A stretch of 53,159 nucleotides of DNA, from NCBI GenBank assembly GCA_947625215.1, contig CANQNL010000003.1, forward strand, positions 1-53,159. The letters run 5' to 3'. The translations under genes were made by a program, and so were the position numbers. Positions 9,542-18,249 of this stretch are shown here, piece after piece (position 1 is the first letter of the stretch; every line of letters starts with the position of its first letter). Below the pieces are notes generated by a model. The model ran no database searches. It was given only the letters and a program-made list of their open reading frames with translations, and was not told the DNA's origin. The DNA is from an uncultured Bacilli bacterium. Its GTDB lineage: Bacteria; Bacillota_I; Bacilli_A; RF39; UBA660.

Positions 9542-11074
9542 ATGAGCGAAAAAAGAAAGAGAAATATAATAATATTTTCATTATGTGGAGTACTATTATT
9601 AATGACTATCGGATATGCTGCCTTTAATACACTACTAAATATAAATGGGACAACAAGTATAACAAGTAACTGGGATATAAAAATAACAAATATTACTAGT
9701 AAAGATAAAATAGGAGATGCTTCTGATGAAGAATCACAAGTAGTAGATGATCTATCTGCTACATTTAAAGCAAATTTAGTAAGTCCCGGTGATTCCATAA
9801 CCTACGATATAACCGTTGAAAATAAAGGAAATATAAATGCCGAGTTAGATAGTATTGATGTTAGTGAAAACACTAACGAAAATATAAAAATAGACATTTC
9901 AGGAATAGCTGAAGGAGATAAATTAAATGCCAGTAGCACGGCAACATTAAGTGTAAAAGTAACATATAGTGATGATGTAACAACGCAGCCTGATAATCTA
10001 GAAACAGAAGTAACTATAACCTTAAATTATGTTCAGGAAGGAATGAGAACACTATTTCCAACTTCAATAGATTTTGAAACAGTATCAACAACTAATTCAA
10101 TAACCGTAACGGCAACAAAAGTAAGTGGGGCTACTTATGAATTTAAAAAAGATGGTGAAGCTTATATAAGTAATGGTAAAAATAATGTTTATACCTTTAG
10201 TGAAATAACTCATAATACAGAACATCAAATTCAAGTTAAAGTAACAAAAGGAGAAAATACTTTAGAATCTGAAACTAAACCGATAAGAACCAACACCTTA
10301 CAAGCGCCAACCATCTCTATATCTTCATATACCGTTAATATGACCTTTCCTGCAGAATGTGCAGATGGGACATATACTTGTTCATATACTTTATCAGGAG
10401 CTCTAACTGGGACAACAACTGTTACCTCAACATCAGCTAGTGTTACTAATTCGAACATTGGTGTCAGTTTAACTGTAAAAGCCGATGTTAGTGATGGATA
10501 TAATACTGTTTCACAGTCACGTACGATGGAAACAGGTAGTTGTTTTGTAGCTGGAACGAAAGTATTAACTGAAAATGGCTTAAAAAATATTGAAGAATTA
10601 AAAATAGGGGAAAAAGTATATTCATATAATGAAAAAACCGAAAAATCTGAATTAAAGCCAATAACTAAAGTATACGTGCGTGAAAGATATGGAATAGTAA
10701 CATTAAAATATGAAAAATTAGATAACATAAACGGAAAAGTATATAATAACATCGATACACATTTTAATAAAAAAGAAAAAAATAATGAAATACAATCAAC
10801 CTTTGATCATCCATATTATGTCATAAATAAAGGATGGGTGGTAGCATCAAAATTAGAAATAGGAGATAGGATATTATCTATAGATAATAGTGAAATAGTT
10901 GTAAGAAGCTTACAAACTAATGAAGTAGATAAAACAAAAGTATATAATATGGAGGTAGAAGACAATCACAATTATTATGTAGGCTATGATAATCTTTTAG
11001 TTCACAATGATGAAAATTGGGGAAATCCTATTATGCCTATGGCTGGGGATTGCACTCGACCTGGGGTATATTAG
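9542..11074 (+). CDS. Family member P1: exported modular protein with C-terminal Hint domain and 21-aa tail
   Basis: N-terminal basic+hydrophobic segment, NLVSPGD..Y.I.VEN.G domain, FN3-like segment, variable domain. Hint motifs CFVAGT (Cys1), STFDHPY (block B) and VYNMEVEDNHNYYV..LLVHN. Confidence 0.88.
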   Translation: MSEKRKRNIIIFSLCGVLLLMTIGYAAFNTLLNINGTTSITSNWDIKITNITSKDKIGDASDEESQVVDDLSATFKANLVSPGDSITYDITVENKGNINAELDSIDVSENTNENIKIDISGIAEGDKLNASSTATLSVKVTYSDDVTTQPDNLETEVTITLNYVQEGMRTLFPTSIDFETVSTTNSITVTATKVSGATYEFKKDGEAYISNGKNNVYTFSEITHNTEHQIQVKVTKGENTLESETKPIRTNTLQAPTISISSYTVNMTFPAECADGTYTCSYTLSGALTGTTTVTSTSASVTNSNIGVSLTVKADVSDGYNTVSQSRTMETGSCFVAGTKVLTENGLKNIEELKIGEKVYSYNEKTEKSELKPITKVYVRERYGIVTLKYEKLDNINGKVYNNIDTHFNKKEKNNEIQSTFDHPYYVINKGWVVASKLEIGDRILSIDNSEIVVRSLQTNEVDKTKVYNMEVEDNHNYYVGYDNLLVHNDENWGNPIMPMAGDCTRPGVY

Positions 11075-11085
11075 CTAATAATTTT

Positions 11086-11112
11086 AACCGCACCATCGTG
11101 GTGTGGTTTTTT
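11086..11112 (+). terminator. Intrinsic terminator after P1
   Basis: AACCGCACCA-TCG-TGGTGTGGTT hairpin followed by a T run. Confidence 0.75.
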
Positions 11113-11210
11113 ATAAAAATATTTATGATAATTTGGTAAATTTGTAATTGGATTATAAAAATAAGTCCTAATTCCAAATGTCAATTTACGGCAAAAATGC
11201 CCGAAAATGC

Positions 11211-11241
11211 TTGCCAGAAACCTGGGGGGGGGGGGTATAAT
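11211..11241 (+). promoter_or_regulatory. Poly-G (G12) spacer promoter of P2
   Basis: TTGCCA-GAAACCT-G12-TATAAT; spacer 19 nt. Confidence 0.85.
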
Positions 11242-11274
11242 ATACTTAGAGTAAACTAGATAGGAGAATAATGT

Positions 11275-12795
11275 ATGAGTGAAAAAAGAAAGAGAAATGT
11301 AATAATATATTCATTATGCGGAGTATTACTATTAATGACTATTGGATATGCCGCATTTAATACACTTTTAACGATAAACGGAACAACATCAATTAGTAGT
11401 AACTGGGATATAAAGATAACAAATATTACCAACAAAGATATAGTAGGTAAAGCTTCAGATGAAGAATCACAAGTAGTAGATGACTTAAAAGCTACCTTTA
11501 AAGCTAATTTAGTAAGCCCTGGAGATTCTATAACTTATGATATAACCGTAGAAAACAAAGGAAATATAAATGCTGAGTTAGATAGTATCGATGTTAGTGA
11601 AAACACCAATGAAAATATAAAAATAGTAACTTCAGGAATAGCTGAAGGTGATAAATTAAATCCTAGTAGTACGGCAACCTTAAGTGTAAAAGTAACATAT
11701 AGTGATGAAGTTACAACGCAACCTGATAATTTAAAAGCGGAAGTAACAATAACTTTAAATTATATTCAAGAAGGAACAGGAATGCCAGAAACAATAGATT
11801 TTGAAACAGAATCAACAACAAGAGCAATAACTGTAACTGCACCAGCAGTTAGAGGTGCTACATATGAATTTAAAAAAGATACTGAAGAATACGTAAGTAA
11901 TGATGACCCCACTAATAATATATATACCTTTGACCAAATAACTCATAATACTCAGCATAATATCCAAGTAAAAGTAACAAAAGGAAGCAAAGTAATTGAA
12001 TCAGATGTGAAACCTGTTAGTACTAATGCTTTACCATCTCCTTCTATCACTGGGTCGGGCGAGACCGCTTATATGACATTTCCAGAGGAATGCGCCACAG
12101 GTGTATTTACTTGTCAGTATCGTACAGTAACCGACGTTAGTAGCCAAAATGTCACAAGAAGTGTAACTTCGCAGTCAGCTTCCTGGACTATCCAAGTTCA
12201 ATATGTTGGTTCTGATACTTATGGCGTTCACGGGACCGTTTATGCTAGTGTATCAGATGGATTTAATAAGGTTGAGGTTTCTGCGGGTTTAGTGAAACAA
12301 TGCTTTGTGGCTGGAACGAAAGTCTGGGCAGAAAAAGGTTTAGTGAATATAGAAGATTTGAAAGATGGGGATAAAGTATATTCATATAATGAAAAAACAA
12401 GAAAAGTGGAATTAAATGAAATATATAATACATATAACCGAAAAACGGATAAACTAATAACTTTAAGATATGCAAAAAATAATAAGATAAAACCAAATTA
12501 TAATACAAATAATATAGAAGAACATTATAATTCATCATCATCAGAAGAAGATAATATAATTAAATGTACACTTACTCATCGCTTTTATGTAGTAGGAAAA
12601 GGCTGGACACCTGCTAAAAAAATAGAAGTAGGAGATGAAATATTATCAATAGATGGTAGTGAAATTATAATAACAGATATTCAAACAAATACAGTTAAGC
12701 CAACTGCAGTATATAACTTTAGTGTAGTAGGTAATCATAATTATTATGTAGGTATGGGACTACTTGTCCATAATAAATATATGGTAGGAGTGTAG
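11275..12795 (+). CDS. Family member P2: exported modular protein with C-terminal Hint domain and 6-aa tail
   Basis: Same N-terminus as P1; Hint motifs CFVAGT, CTLTHRF and VYNFSVVGNHNYYVGMGLLVHN, followed by KYMVGV*. Confidence 0.88.
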   Translation: MSEKRKRNVIIYSLCGVLLLMTIGYAAFNTLLTINGTTSISSNWDIKITNITNKDIVGKASDEESQVVDDLKATFKANLVSPGDSITYDITVENKGNINAELDSIDVSENTNENIKIVTSGIAEGDKLNPSSTATLSVKVTYSDEVTTQPDNLKAEVTITLNYIQEGTGMPETIDFETESTTRAITVTAPAVRGATYEFKKDTEEYVSNDDPTNNIYTFDQITHNTQHNIQVKVTKGSKVIESDVKPVSTNALPSPSITGSGETAYMTFPEECATGVFTCQYRTVTDVSSQNVTRSVTSQSASWTIQVQYVGSDTYGVHGTVYASVSDGFNKVEVSAGLVKQCFVAGTKVWAEKGLVNIEDLKDGDKVYSYNEKTRKVELNEIYNTYNRKTDKLITLRYAKNNKIKPNYNTNNIEEHYNSSSSEEDNIIKCTLTHRFYVVGKGWTPAKKIEVGDEILSIDGSEIIITDIQTNTVKPTAVYNFSVVGNHNYYVGMGLLVHNKYMVGV

Positions 12796-12821
12796 CAGAT
12801 AATCATAATTATTATGTAAGA

Positions 12822-13013
12822 GATGGAGCAACGGTCAAATATAAAGGTAATACTTATATTTATAAAATAACTAATATTTATAATGAAACCAAAGATGGAG
12901 ACGTTATGATATATAGAAATAAAAATAAATCCACTTTAACACTCATCACTTGTACAAAAAATAGTGATACTGAGCGAACTATATATATAGCTGAATTACA
13001 ATAAAAATAATTG
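12822..13013 (+). pseudogene. Sortase 3' fragment (192-bp direct repeat, copy 2)
   Basis: Encodes ...KYKGNTYIYKITNIY...TLTLITCTKNSDTERTIYIAELQ* with no start codon; about 94% identical to 9224-9415. Confidence 0.88.
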
Positions 13014-13107
13014 ATTTTAGAAAACTAACATCTATTTATTGTTAAGATGTTAGTTTTTTAATACCCATTTTTAAATATTTACATATAATACTTTAGGGGT
13101 GACAAAA

Positions 13108-13554
13108 ATGTATAAAATTTATGAAGTACAAATGGGTGATACTTTAGATAGTATTGCTAGAAAATTAGGAGTAAATTCTGATGTCCTTGCTACTTTAAAT
13201 GGATTAAATGTAATGGCACCTTTAATGCCACAAACCTATATTGTAATTCCAAGTACAGATTCATTATTTAACAAATACACAGTAAGACCAGGTGATACTC
13301 TTAATAATATTGCTGAAGCATATGATGTTGATTTAGGACAACTTGCTAAATTAAATGGTATAAAAGATGTCGATTATATTTATGCTGGTGAAGAACTTAT
13401 GGTACCAAAACCTGGGACTAAATTCTATATTACTGGCAGAGGTGATGCTCTAAATATGGTAGCAAATTTCTTTGGAACATCAGCAGGTCAGCTTCTAAAT
13501 CAAAATCCAAATATTGTTTTGGGTGAAGAACAATTAATAGTTTATAAGAAATAA
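13108..13554 (+). CDS. LysM repeat protein
   Basis: YEVQMGDTLDSIA, YTVRPGDTLNNIA and a third degenerate LysM. Confidence 0.9.
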   Translation: MYKIYEVQMGDTLDSIARKLGVNSDVLATLNGLNVMAPLMPQTYIVIPSTDSLFNKYTVRPGDTLNNIAEAYDVDLGQLAKLNGIKDVDYIYAGEELMVPKPGTKFYITGRGDALNMVANFFGTSAGQLLNQNPNIVLGEEQLIVYKK

Positions 13555-13612
13555 CTTCTTATAATCTTTTTTTTTATGCGATTTTGTTATATAATAATAT
13601 ATGGTGAGGATT

Positions 13613-14029
13613 ATGAAAAAAATAATTGCAGTATTAATTATGTTGACGTTATTATTTAGTATTACTGGTTGCGGAGGACCAAAGACTTATAAAGAAATTA
13701 GTTTTGAAGAACTAAATAAAAAAATAGATGCTAAAGAAGATTTTATTTTATTTATTGGTTCTGAAACTTGTAGTGCTTGTTCGGCATATAAAATAACGCT
13801 TAATAAAGTGATTGAAAAAAACAAAGTTGAAGTTAATTACATAGATATTAGTAAATTATCTGATGATGAAAATAGCGACTTATTAGCCAATTTTTACTTT
13901 TCTTCAACGCCAACTACCGTGTTTGTTGAAAAGGGAAAAGAAAAGGATACTAATGACAGATTAGTAGGAGCTCAAAAATATAGCAAAGTAGTAAAGAAAT
14001 TTAAAGAAAAAGGATATATAAAGGAGTAG
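13613..14029 (+). CDS. Thioredoxin-fold lipoprotein
   Basis: Lipobox-like SITGC, CSAC active site and STPT cis-Pro motif. Confidence 0.8.
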   Translation: MKKIIAVLIMLTLLFSITGCGGPKTYKEISFEELNKKIDAKEDFILFIGSETCSACSAYKITLNKVIEKNKVEVNYIDISKLSDDENSDLLANFYFSSTPTTVFVEKGKEKDTNDRLVGAQKYSKVVKKFKEKGYIKE

Positions 14030-14033
14030 ATAT

Positions 14034-15005
14034 ATGCAAGGAAACTATTTAGACCCAAAAGAATTTCCCGTAATTTGTAATTATTGTGAGGATTTAACTG
14101 CAAAAACATATGTGACAGATCCTGCTATTGCTAGAGATGAGGAAATAAAAAGAACAATAATGGTTTTATTAACTCCAGAAAAATCAGCTTTGTTAGTTGG
14201 TAAAGCTGGTATTGGTAAAACGGCCATTGTTGAAGGTATTTGCTATAGAATTCAAAAAGGTGAAGTTCCTAATGCTATTAAAGATCATCGAATTTTAAAA
14301 ATAAATTCATCATCAATGTTAGGTTCAATGATGGTTGATGGTAAAGAAGAATCAGTAACTAATTTATTAGTGGCCGAACTTAAGAGATGCCCTAAGGCTA
14401 TTTTATTTATCGATGAGGTTCATACCCTAATTGGTGGTTCAGCAGATGGACCTATGGATCTTGCTAATATTTTAAAGCCAGCCTTAGACCGTGGTGATAT
14501 TAAAGCAATTGGTGCAACTACGACAATTGAATATGAAACATATATCATCAAGGATAGAGCCTTTTTAAGACGTTTTGATAGAATTGATGTCGAGGAGCCA
14601 GATCACGATGCTACAGTTAGAATTCTTTTAGGAACAATTCCTAAAATTGAATATAGAACAGGTATCAAAATGCTTCCAAATGCTTATTTAACTGAAGAAC
14701 TTATGCATTCAATTGTATCAGCAACTTCAGAATTTAAACGTGTTTATGGTATTTCAGCAATGTATCCAGACGTTTCATTATCTGTTTTATCAGGTGCCTT
14801 TTCTAATGCTTTATTTGAAAACAGAACTATTGTTGGAATTTTAGATGTTTATATGGCAATTAGAAATAGTAAACGTATTTATCCTGATAGTAGGGTAAAA
14901 GAATGTGAAGCTTTTAGACAAAAATTTTCACGTGTATGTGCTGCCGAAAATATAGTTTTACCACCGGTAGTACTAGCGGATATCGATAATGATTTAGATT
15001 TATAA
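14034..15005 (+). CDS. Stand-alone ClpA/ClpB-type AAA+ ATPase (single D1-like domain)
   Basis: GKAGIGKT Walker A, ILFIDEVH Walker B, IGATT..EY and AFLRRF arginine finger; no N domain and no second ATPase domain. Confidence 0.82.
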   Translation: MQGNYLDPKEFPVICNYCEDLTAKTYVTDPAIARDEEIKRTIMVLLTPEKSALLVGKAGIGKTAIVEGICYRIQKGEVPNAIKDHRILKINSSSMLGSMMVDGKEESVTNLLVAELKRCPKAILFIDEVHTLIGGSADGPMDLANILKPALDRGDIKAIGATTTIEYETYIIKDRAFLRRFDRIDVEEPDHDATVRILLGTIPKIEYRTGIKMLPNAYLTEELMHSIVSATSEFKRVYGISAMYPDVSLSVLSGAFSNALFENRTIVGILDVYMAIRNSKRIYPDSRVKECEAFRQKFSRVCAAENIVLPPVVLADIDNDLDL

Positions 15006-15020
15006 AAAGGAGAATATGAT

Positions 15021-15548
15021 ATGGACAAAAATGTTAAAAAAATTGAAACTAAAAATTATATTATTTTAGCCGTAGTTTTAGTAGTAACAGTGATTGCCGT
15101 TTTTTATGCTAGAAGTTGGTATTTAGAGACTAAAAGTGTTACCGTCAATAGTTCTCAAATGTTAGAGGTAGTAAAAGAGATTCATCAAGAAGAATTAGAA
15201 AATTATACCTTAGAAAATCCGAGGTTCATATTATATGTTGCCTCTTCCCAGGATAAAAGTATATCAGAATTTGAAAAAGAATTAAAAAGAATGATTATAA
15301 GTGAGGAACTTGAAAATTATTTTCTTTATTTAAATAGTGATGAAATTCAAAAAAGTAAACTTAATAAAACATTAATTGAAATGGCTAAAAACGCTAGCGT
15401 AAGAAAAGATATAAGTAATGCCGATGAAGTTTCATTATATATAGTTGAAACAGGAAGAATTACAAAAGTAATTTCTAATGCTGAAAAATTATCAGCTCCA
15501 GAGATTAGAAATACTTTAACAAAATACGGAGTGATTGATAATGCTTAA
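15021..15548 (+). CDS. Membrane-anchored hypothetical protein, possibly a redox-inactive thioredoxin fold
   Basis: Single N-terminal TM helix; ILYV...FLYLN strand pattern without cysteines; overlaps trmL. Confidence 0.6.
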   Translation: MDKNVKKIETKNYIILAVVLVVTVIAVFYARSWYLETKSVTVNSSQMLEVVKEIHQEELENYTLENPRFILYVASSQDKSISEFEKELKRMIISEELENYFLYLNSDEIQKSKLNKTLIEMAKNASVRKDISNADEVSLYIVETGRITKVISNAEKLSAPEIRNTLTKYGVIDNA

Positions 15549-16047
15549 TGTGGTTCTTTATGCACCAGAAATTCCGCAAAATACAGGTAACATAATGCGT
15601 ACCTGTGCAGCCACTAATACTAAATTGCATTTGATTAAACCACTAGGTTTTAGTTTAGATGAAAAACAAATAAAAAGATCAGGCGCTAATTATATTAATG
15701 AATGTGACTACACAGTATATGAAAATTTTGAGGAATTTGAAAAAGTTAATAAAGGGGAATATTATTTTTTAACAAGATATGGGCATAAACCACATACGTC
15801 ATTTGATTATAGCGATAATAAAAAAAATATATATTTGATTTTTGGAAGAGAAAGTACCGGAATTCCAAAAGAAATTTTAAAAGATCATTTAAATACTTGT
15901 CTTAGAATACCAATGACTGATAAAGTGCGCGCACTTAATTTATCGAATTGTGTAGCTATAATGGTATATGAAGTTCTAAGACAACAAAATTATAATAACC
16001 TTTTAAGAGAAGAGCCTTTTAAAGGAAAAGATTATTTAGAAAAATAA
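15541..16047 (+). CDS. trmL: tRNA (cytidine(34)-2'-O)-methyltransferase
   Basis: VVLYAPEIPQNTGNIMRTC, IFGRESTG and RALNLSN SPOUT motifs. Confidence 0.93.
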   Translation: MLNVVLYAPEIPQNTGNIMRTCAATNTKLHLIKPLGFSLDEKQIKRSGANYINECDYTVYENFEEFEKVNKGEYYFLTRYGHKPHTSFDYSDNKKNIYLIFGRESTGIPKEILKDHLNTCLRIPMTDKVRALNLSNCVAIMVYEVLRQQNYNNLLREEPFKGKDYLEK

Positions 16048-16058
16048 GGAGGGGTAAA

Positions 16059-16877
16059 ATGGCATTTTTAACAAATTGGATTTTTTGGGCAATTTTAGTA
16101 GCTATTATAGTTGTCCTTGCAATAATTGGTTATTTAGCTGAAGGAACTAAATTAGGAAGGAAACAAGCAGAAAAACAAACGACTGTTACACCAAATCCTT
16201 CTGCAGTTAATGAGACGTCTACAGAAGCGGCAGCGCCAGCACCAAGTGCTTGGACTGGGGAAATTAAAAAAGAAGATACTAGGCACGAAACCGTTCATCA
16301 AGCTTCTTCGATTGATGATTGGACAAAGATGCCTGGTGTTAATGAACCAGAAACTCAAAATCCAGCAACTCCAGAGCCTGAAGAAAAATTATTTACACAA
16401 GCTGAAATTCATACAACAAAGCCAAGTGCTGAAATGGTAAATCCAAATCCAACACCGACTGCTAAAATTGAAATTGAGCAGCCTGTTTCATCAGCTACTA
16501 ATACGGTTCCAAGTGAGGCACCAGCTCCTATAGAAGATTTATCAACAGTTTCTGCGAAAGAACCAACTGCTGCGGAAGTTCAGACTCCTACGCCAGAAAT
16601 TAAGGCATCAGAACCTGTTACTTCACCAGCGCCTAAAGCACCTATAGAAGCGCCAAAAACTGGTGAAACATCTGATGTGTTTAATACACCATCGCCAGAA
16701 CCTACCACCTTAGCTTCAGAACCTAAAGCGACTATAGAAACACCAAAAACAATTGAAACTCCTGATGTATTTAGTGCTCCAGCGCCAACTGTTGAAACTC
16801 CTGCCCCAGCTGAAGTTCCAGCTTCAGTACCAGAACCAGAAATAAATCAACCGGCAAATGATGATGTCTGGAAATAA
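16059..16877 (+). CDS. Membrane-anchored Pro/Thr/Glu/Ala-rich low-complexity protein
   Basis: N-terminal TM helix and a long PEST-like tail with the internal repeat PKAPIEAPKTGETSDVF / PKATIETPKTIETPDVF. Confidence 0.75.
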   Translation: MAFLTNWIFWAILVAIIVVLAIIGYLAEGTKLGRKQAEKQTTVTPNPSAVNETSTEAAAPAPSAWTGEIKKEDTRHETVHQASSIDDWTKMPGVNEPETQNPATPEPEEKLFTQAEIHTTKPSAEMVNPNPTPTAKIEIEQPVSSATNTVPSEAPAPIEDLSTVSAKEPTAAEVQTPTPEIKASEPVTSPAPKAPIEAPKTGETSDVFNTPSPEPTTLASEPKATIETPKTIETPDVFSAPAPTVETPAPAEVPASVPEPEINQPANDDVWK

Positions 16878-16943
16878 GCGCTTCAATATTTGTTAAAACT
16901 AGGAGGAATATAATATACTTGTAAGAAATTAGGAGACTTAGGT

Positions 16944-18143
16944 ATGTTAGAAAAAAAGAAAAGAAATGTAATAATAATTTCGTTATGCGGAGTACTATTA
17001 TTAATGACTATCGGATATGCTGCGTTTAATACACTACTTAATATAAACGGAACAACAAGTATAACTAGTAACTGGGATATAAAAATAACAAGTATTACTA
17101 GTAAAGATATAGTAGGAAAAGCTACCGATGAAGATTCACAAGTAGTAGATGATTTGTCAGCTACTTTTAAAGTTAATTTAGTAAGTCCAGGAGACTCGAT
17201 AACTTATGAAATCGCTGTTGAAAATAATGGAAATATAGATGCTGAAGTAGCCAGAGTAAAATTAAGTGAGCCCGAAAATGATGCCATAAAATTTGAAACA
17301 AATGGCATAGAAGAAAGCGAAATATTAACGGCAAATGGCGGAACTGATATATTAACCGTAAAAGTCACATATAGTGATGAAATAACCAAACAACCTGATA
17401 ATTTAGAAGCAAGTTTCACCGTAACTTTAGATTATATAGAAAAAGGTAAAAAATCTGAATGGGTACCAATTGATGGGATAATTCCAGCCGAATTAGTTAA
17501 AAATTTAACAACTGAAGGTGATGGTTTATATGCCGATACCTATGAAAGTGGCAGATATATTTATAAAGGAGTTAATCCTAGCAATTATATAACCTTTAAT
17601 AATCAAGCATATAGGATAATAGCAATTGAAACTGATGGTACACTTAAAATAATGCCAAATGAACGCATAAATGTTTTAAATTGGGATTCAGGTGGTTCAA
17701 ATACTTGGGCCAGTTCAAGCTTAAAAGCATATTTAAATGATACCTATTATAATGGAATTACGGCAAATAAGAGTGCTATTATATCTCACGATTGGTATGC
17801 AGGAGTACTTTCTTCAGCATCGATAAATATGTCAGCAGAAAAAAGTACAATTGTTACTGATTATGTGGGAATTCCTTCAGTAAGTGATTATTTAAAAGCC
17901 GGAGGAAAAAGTTCGTGGATGAATAAAGCAGGTTTATATTATTGGTTAATTAATCCATACTATAATACTTATAGCCATAATATTTTCTTTGTAGATGCCT
18001 CACGATCTGGTGAGCTTGGAATATATGGAAATCCGAGTGAGTTATCTTCTGTTTTCCCGGCTATTTTTCTAAAAGCTGATACAAGAATAAGTGGTGATGG
18101 TCAAGAAGATCATCCATATATAATCGAAAATTATAAATTATAA
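16944..18143 (+). CDS. Family member P3: conserved N-terminus with a DUF6273-like C-terminal head
   Basis: Family N-terminus followed by GRYIYKGVNPSNYITFN..YRII, SSLKAYLN and YWLINP...VFPAIFLK...GDGQEDHPY. Confidence 0.8.
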   Translation: MLEKKKRNVIIISLCGVLLLMTIGYAAFNTLLNINGTTSITSNWDIKITSITSKDIVGKATDEDSQVVDDLSATFKVNLVSPGDSITYEIAVENNGNIDAEVARVKLSEPENDAIKFETNGIEESEILTANGGTDILTVKVTYSDEITKQPDNLEASFTVTLDYIEKGKKSEWVPIDGIIPAELVKNLTTEGDGLYADTYESGRYIYKGVNPSNYITFNNQAYRIIAIETDGTLKIMPNERINVLNWDSGGSNTWASSSLKAYLNDTYYNGITANKSAIISHDWYAGVLSSASINMSAEKSTIVTDYVGIPSVSDYLKAGGKSSWMNKAGLYYWLINPYYNTYSHNIFFVDASRSGELGIYGNPSELSSVFPAIFLKADTRISGDGQEDHPYIIENYKL

Positions 18144-18249
18144 TAACGAAAATAAAAGAAAATTTAAAATAGATTTTCTTTTTTTATCGTAAATCATTTT
18201 CAATATATATTCAAATGTGTTATAATTAAAATAATGAAAATTTGGAGGT

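Noticed and set aside
9542-12795. P1/P2 as sortase substrates or as classical polymorphic toxins
   Set aside because: They have no C-terminal LPxTG-type sorting signal with a hydrophobic/basic tail, no toxin-sized domain after the Hint and no immunity gene. The sortase link is positional only.
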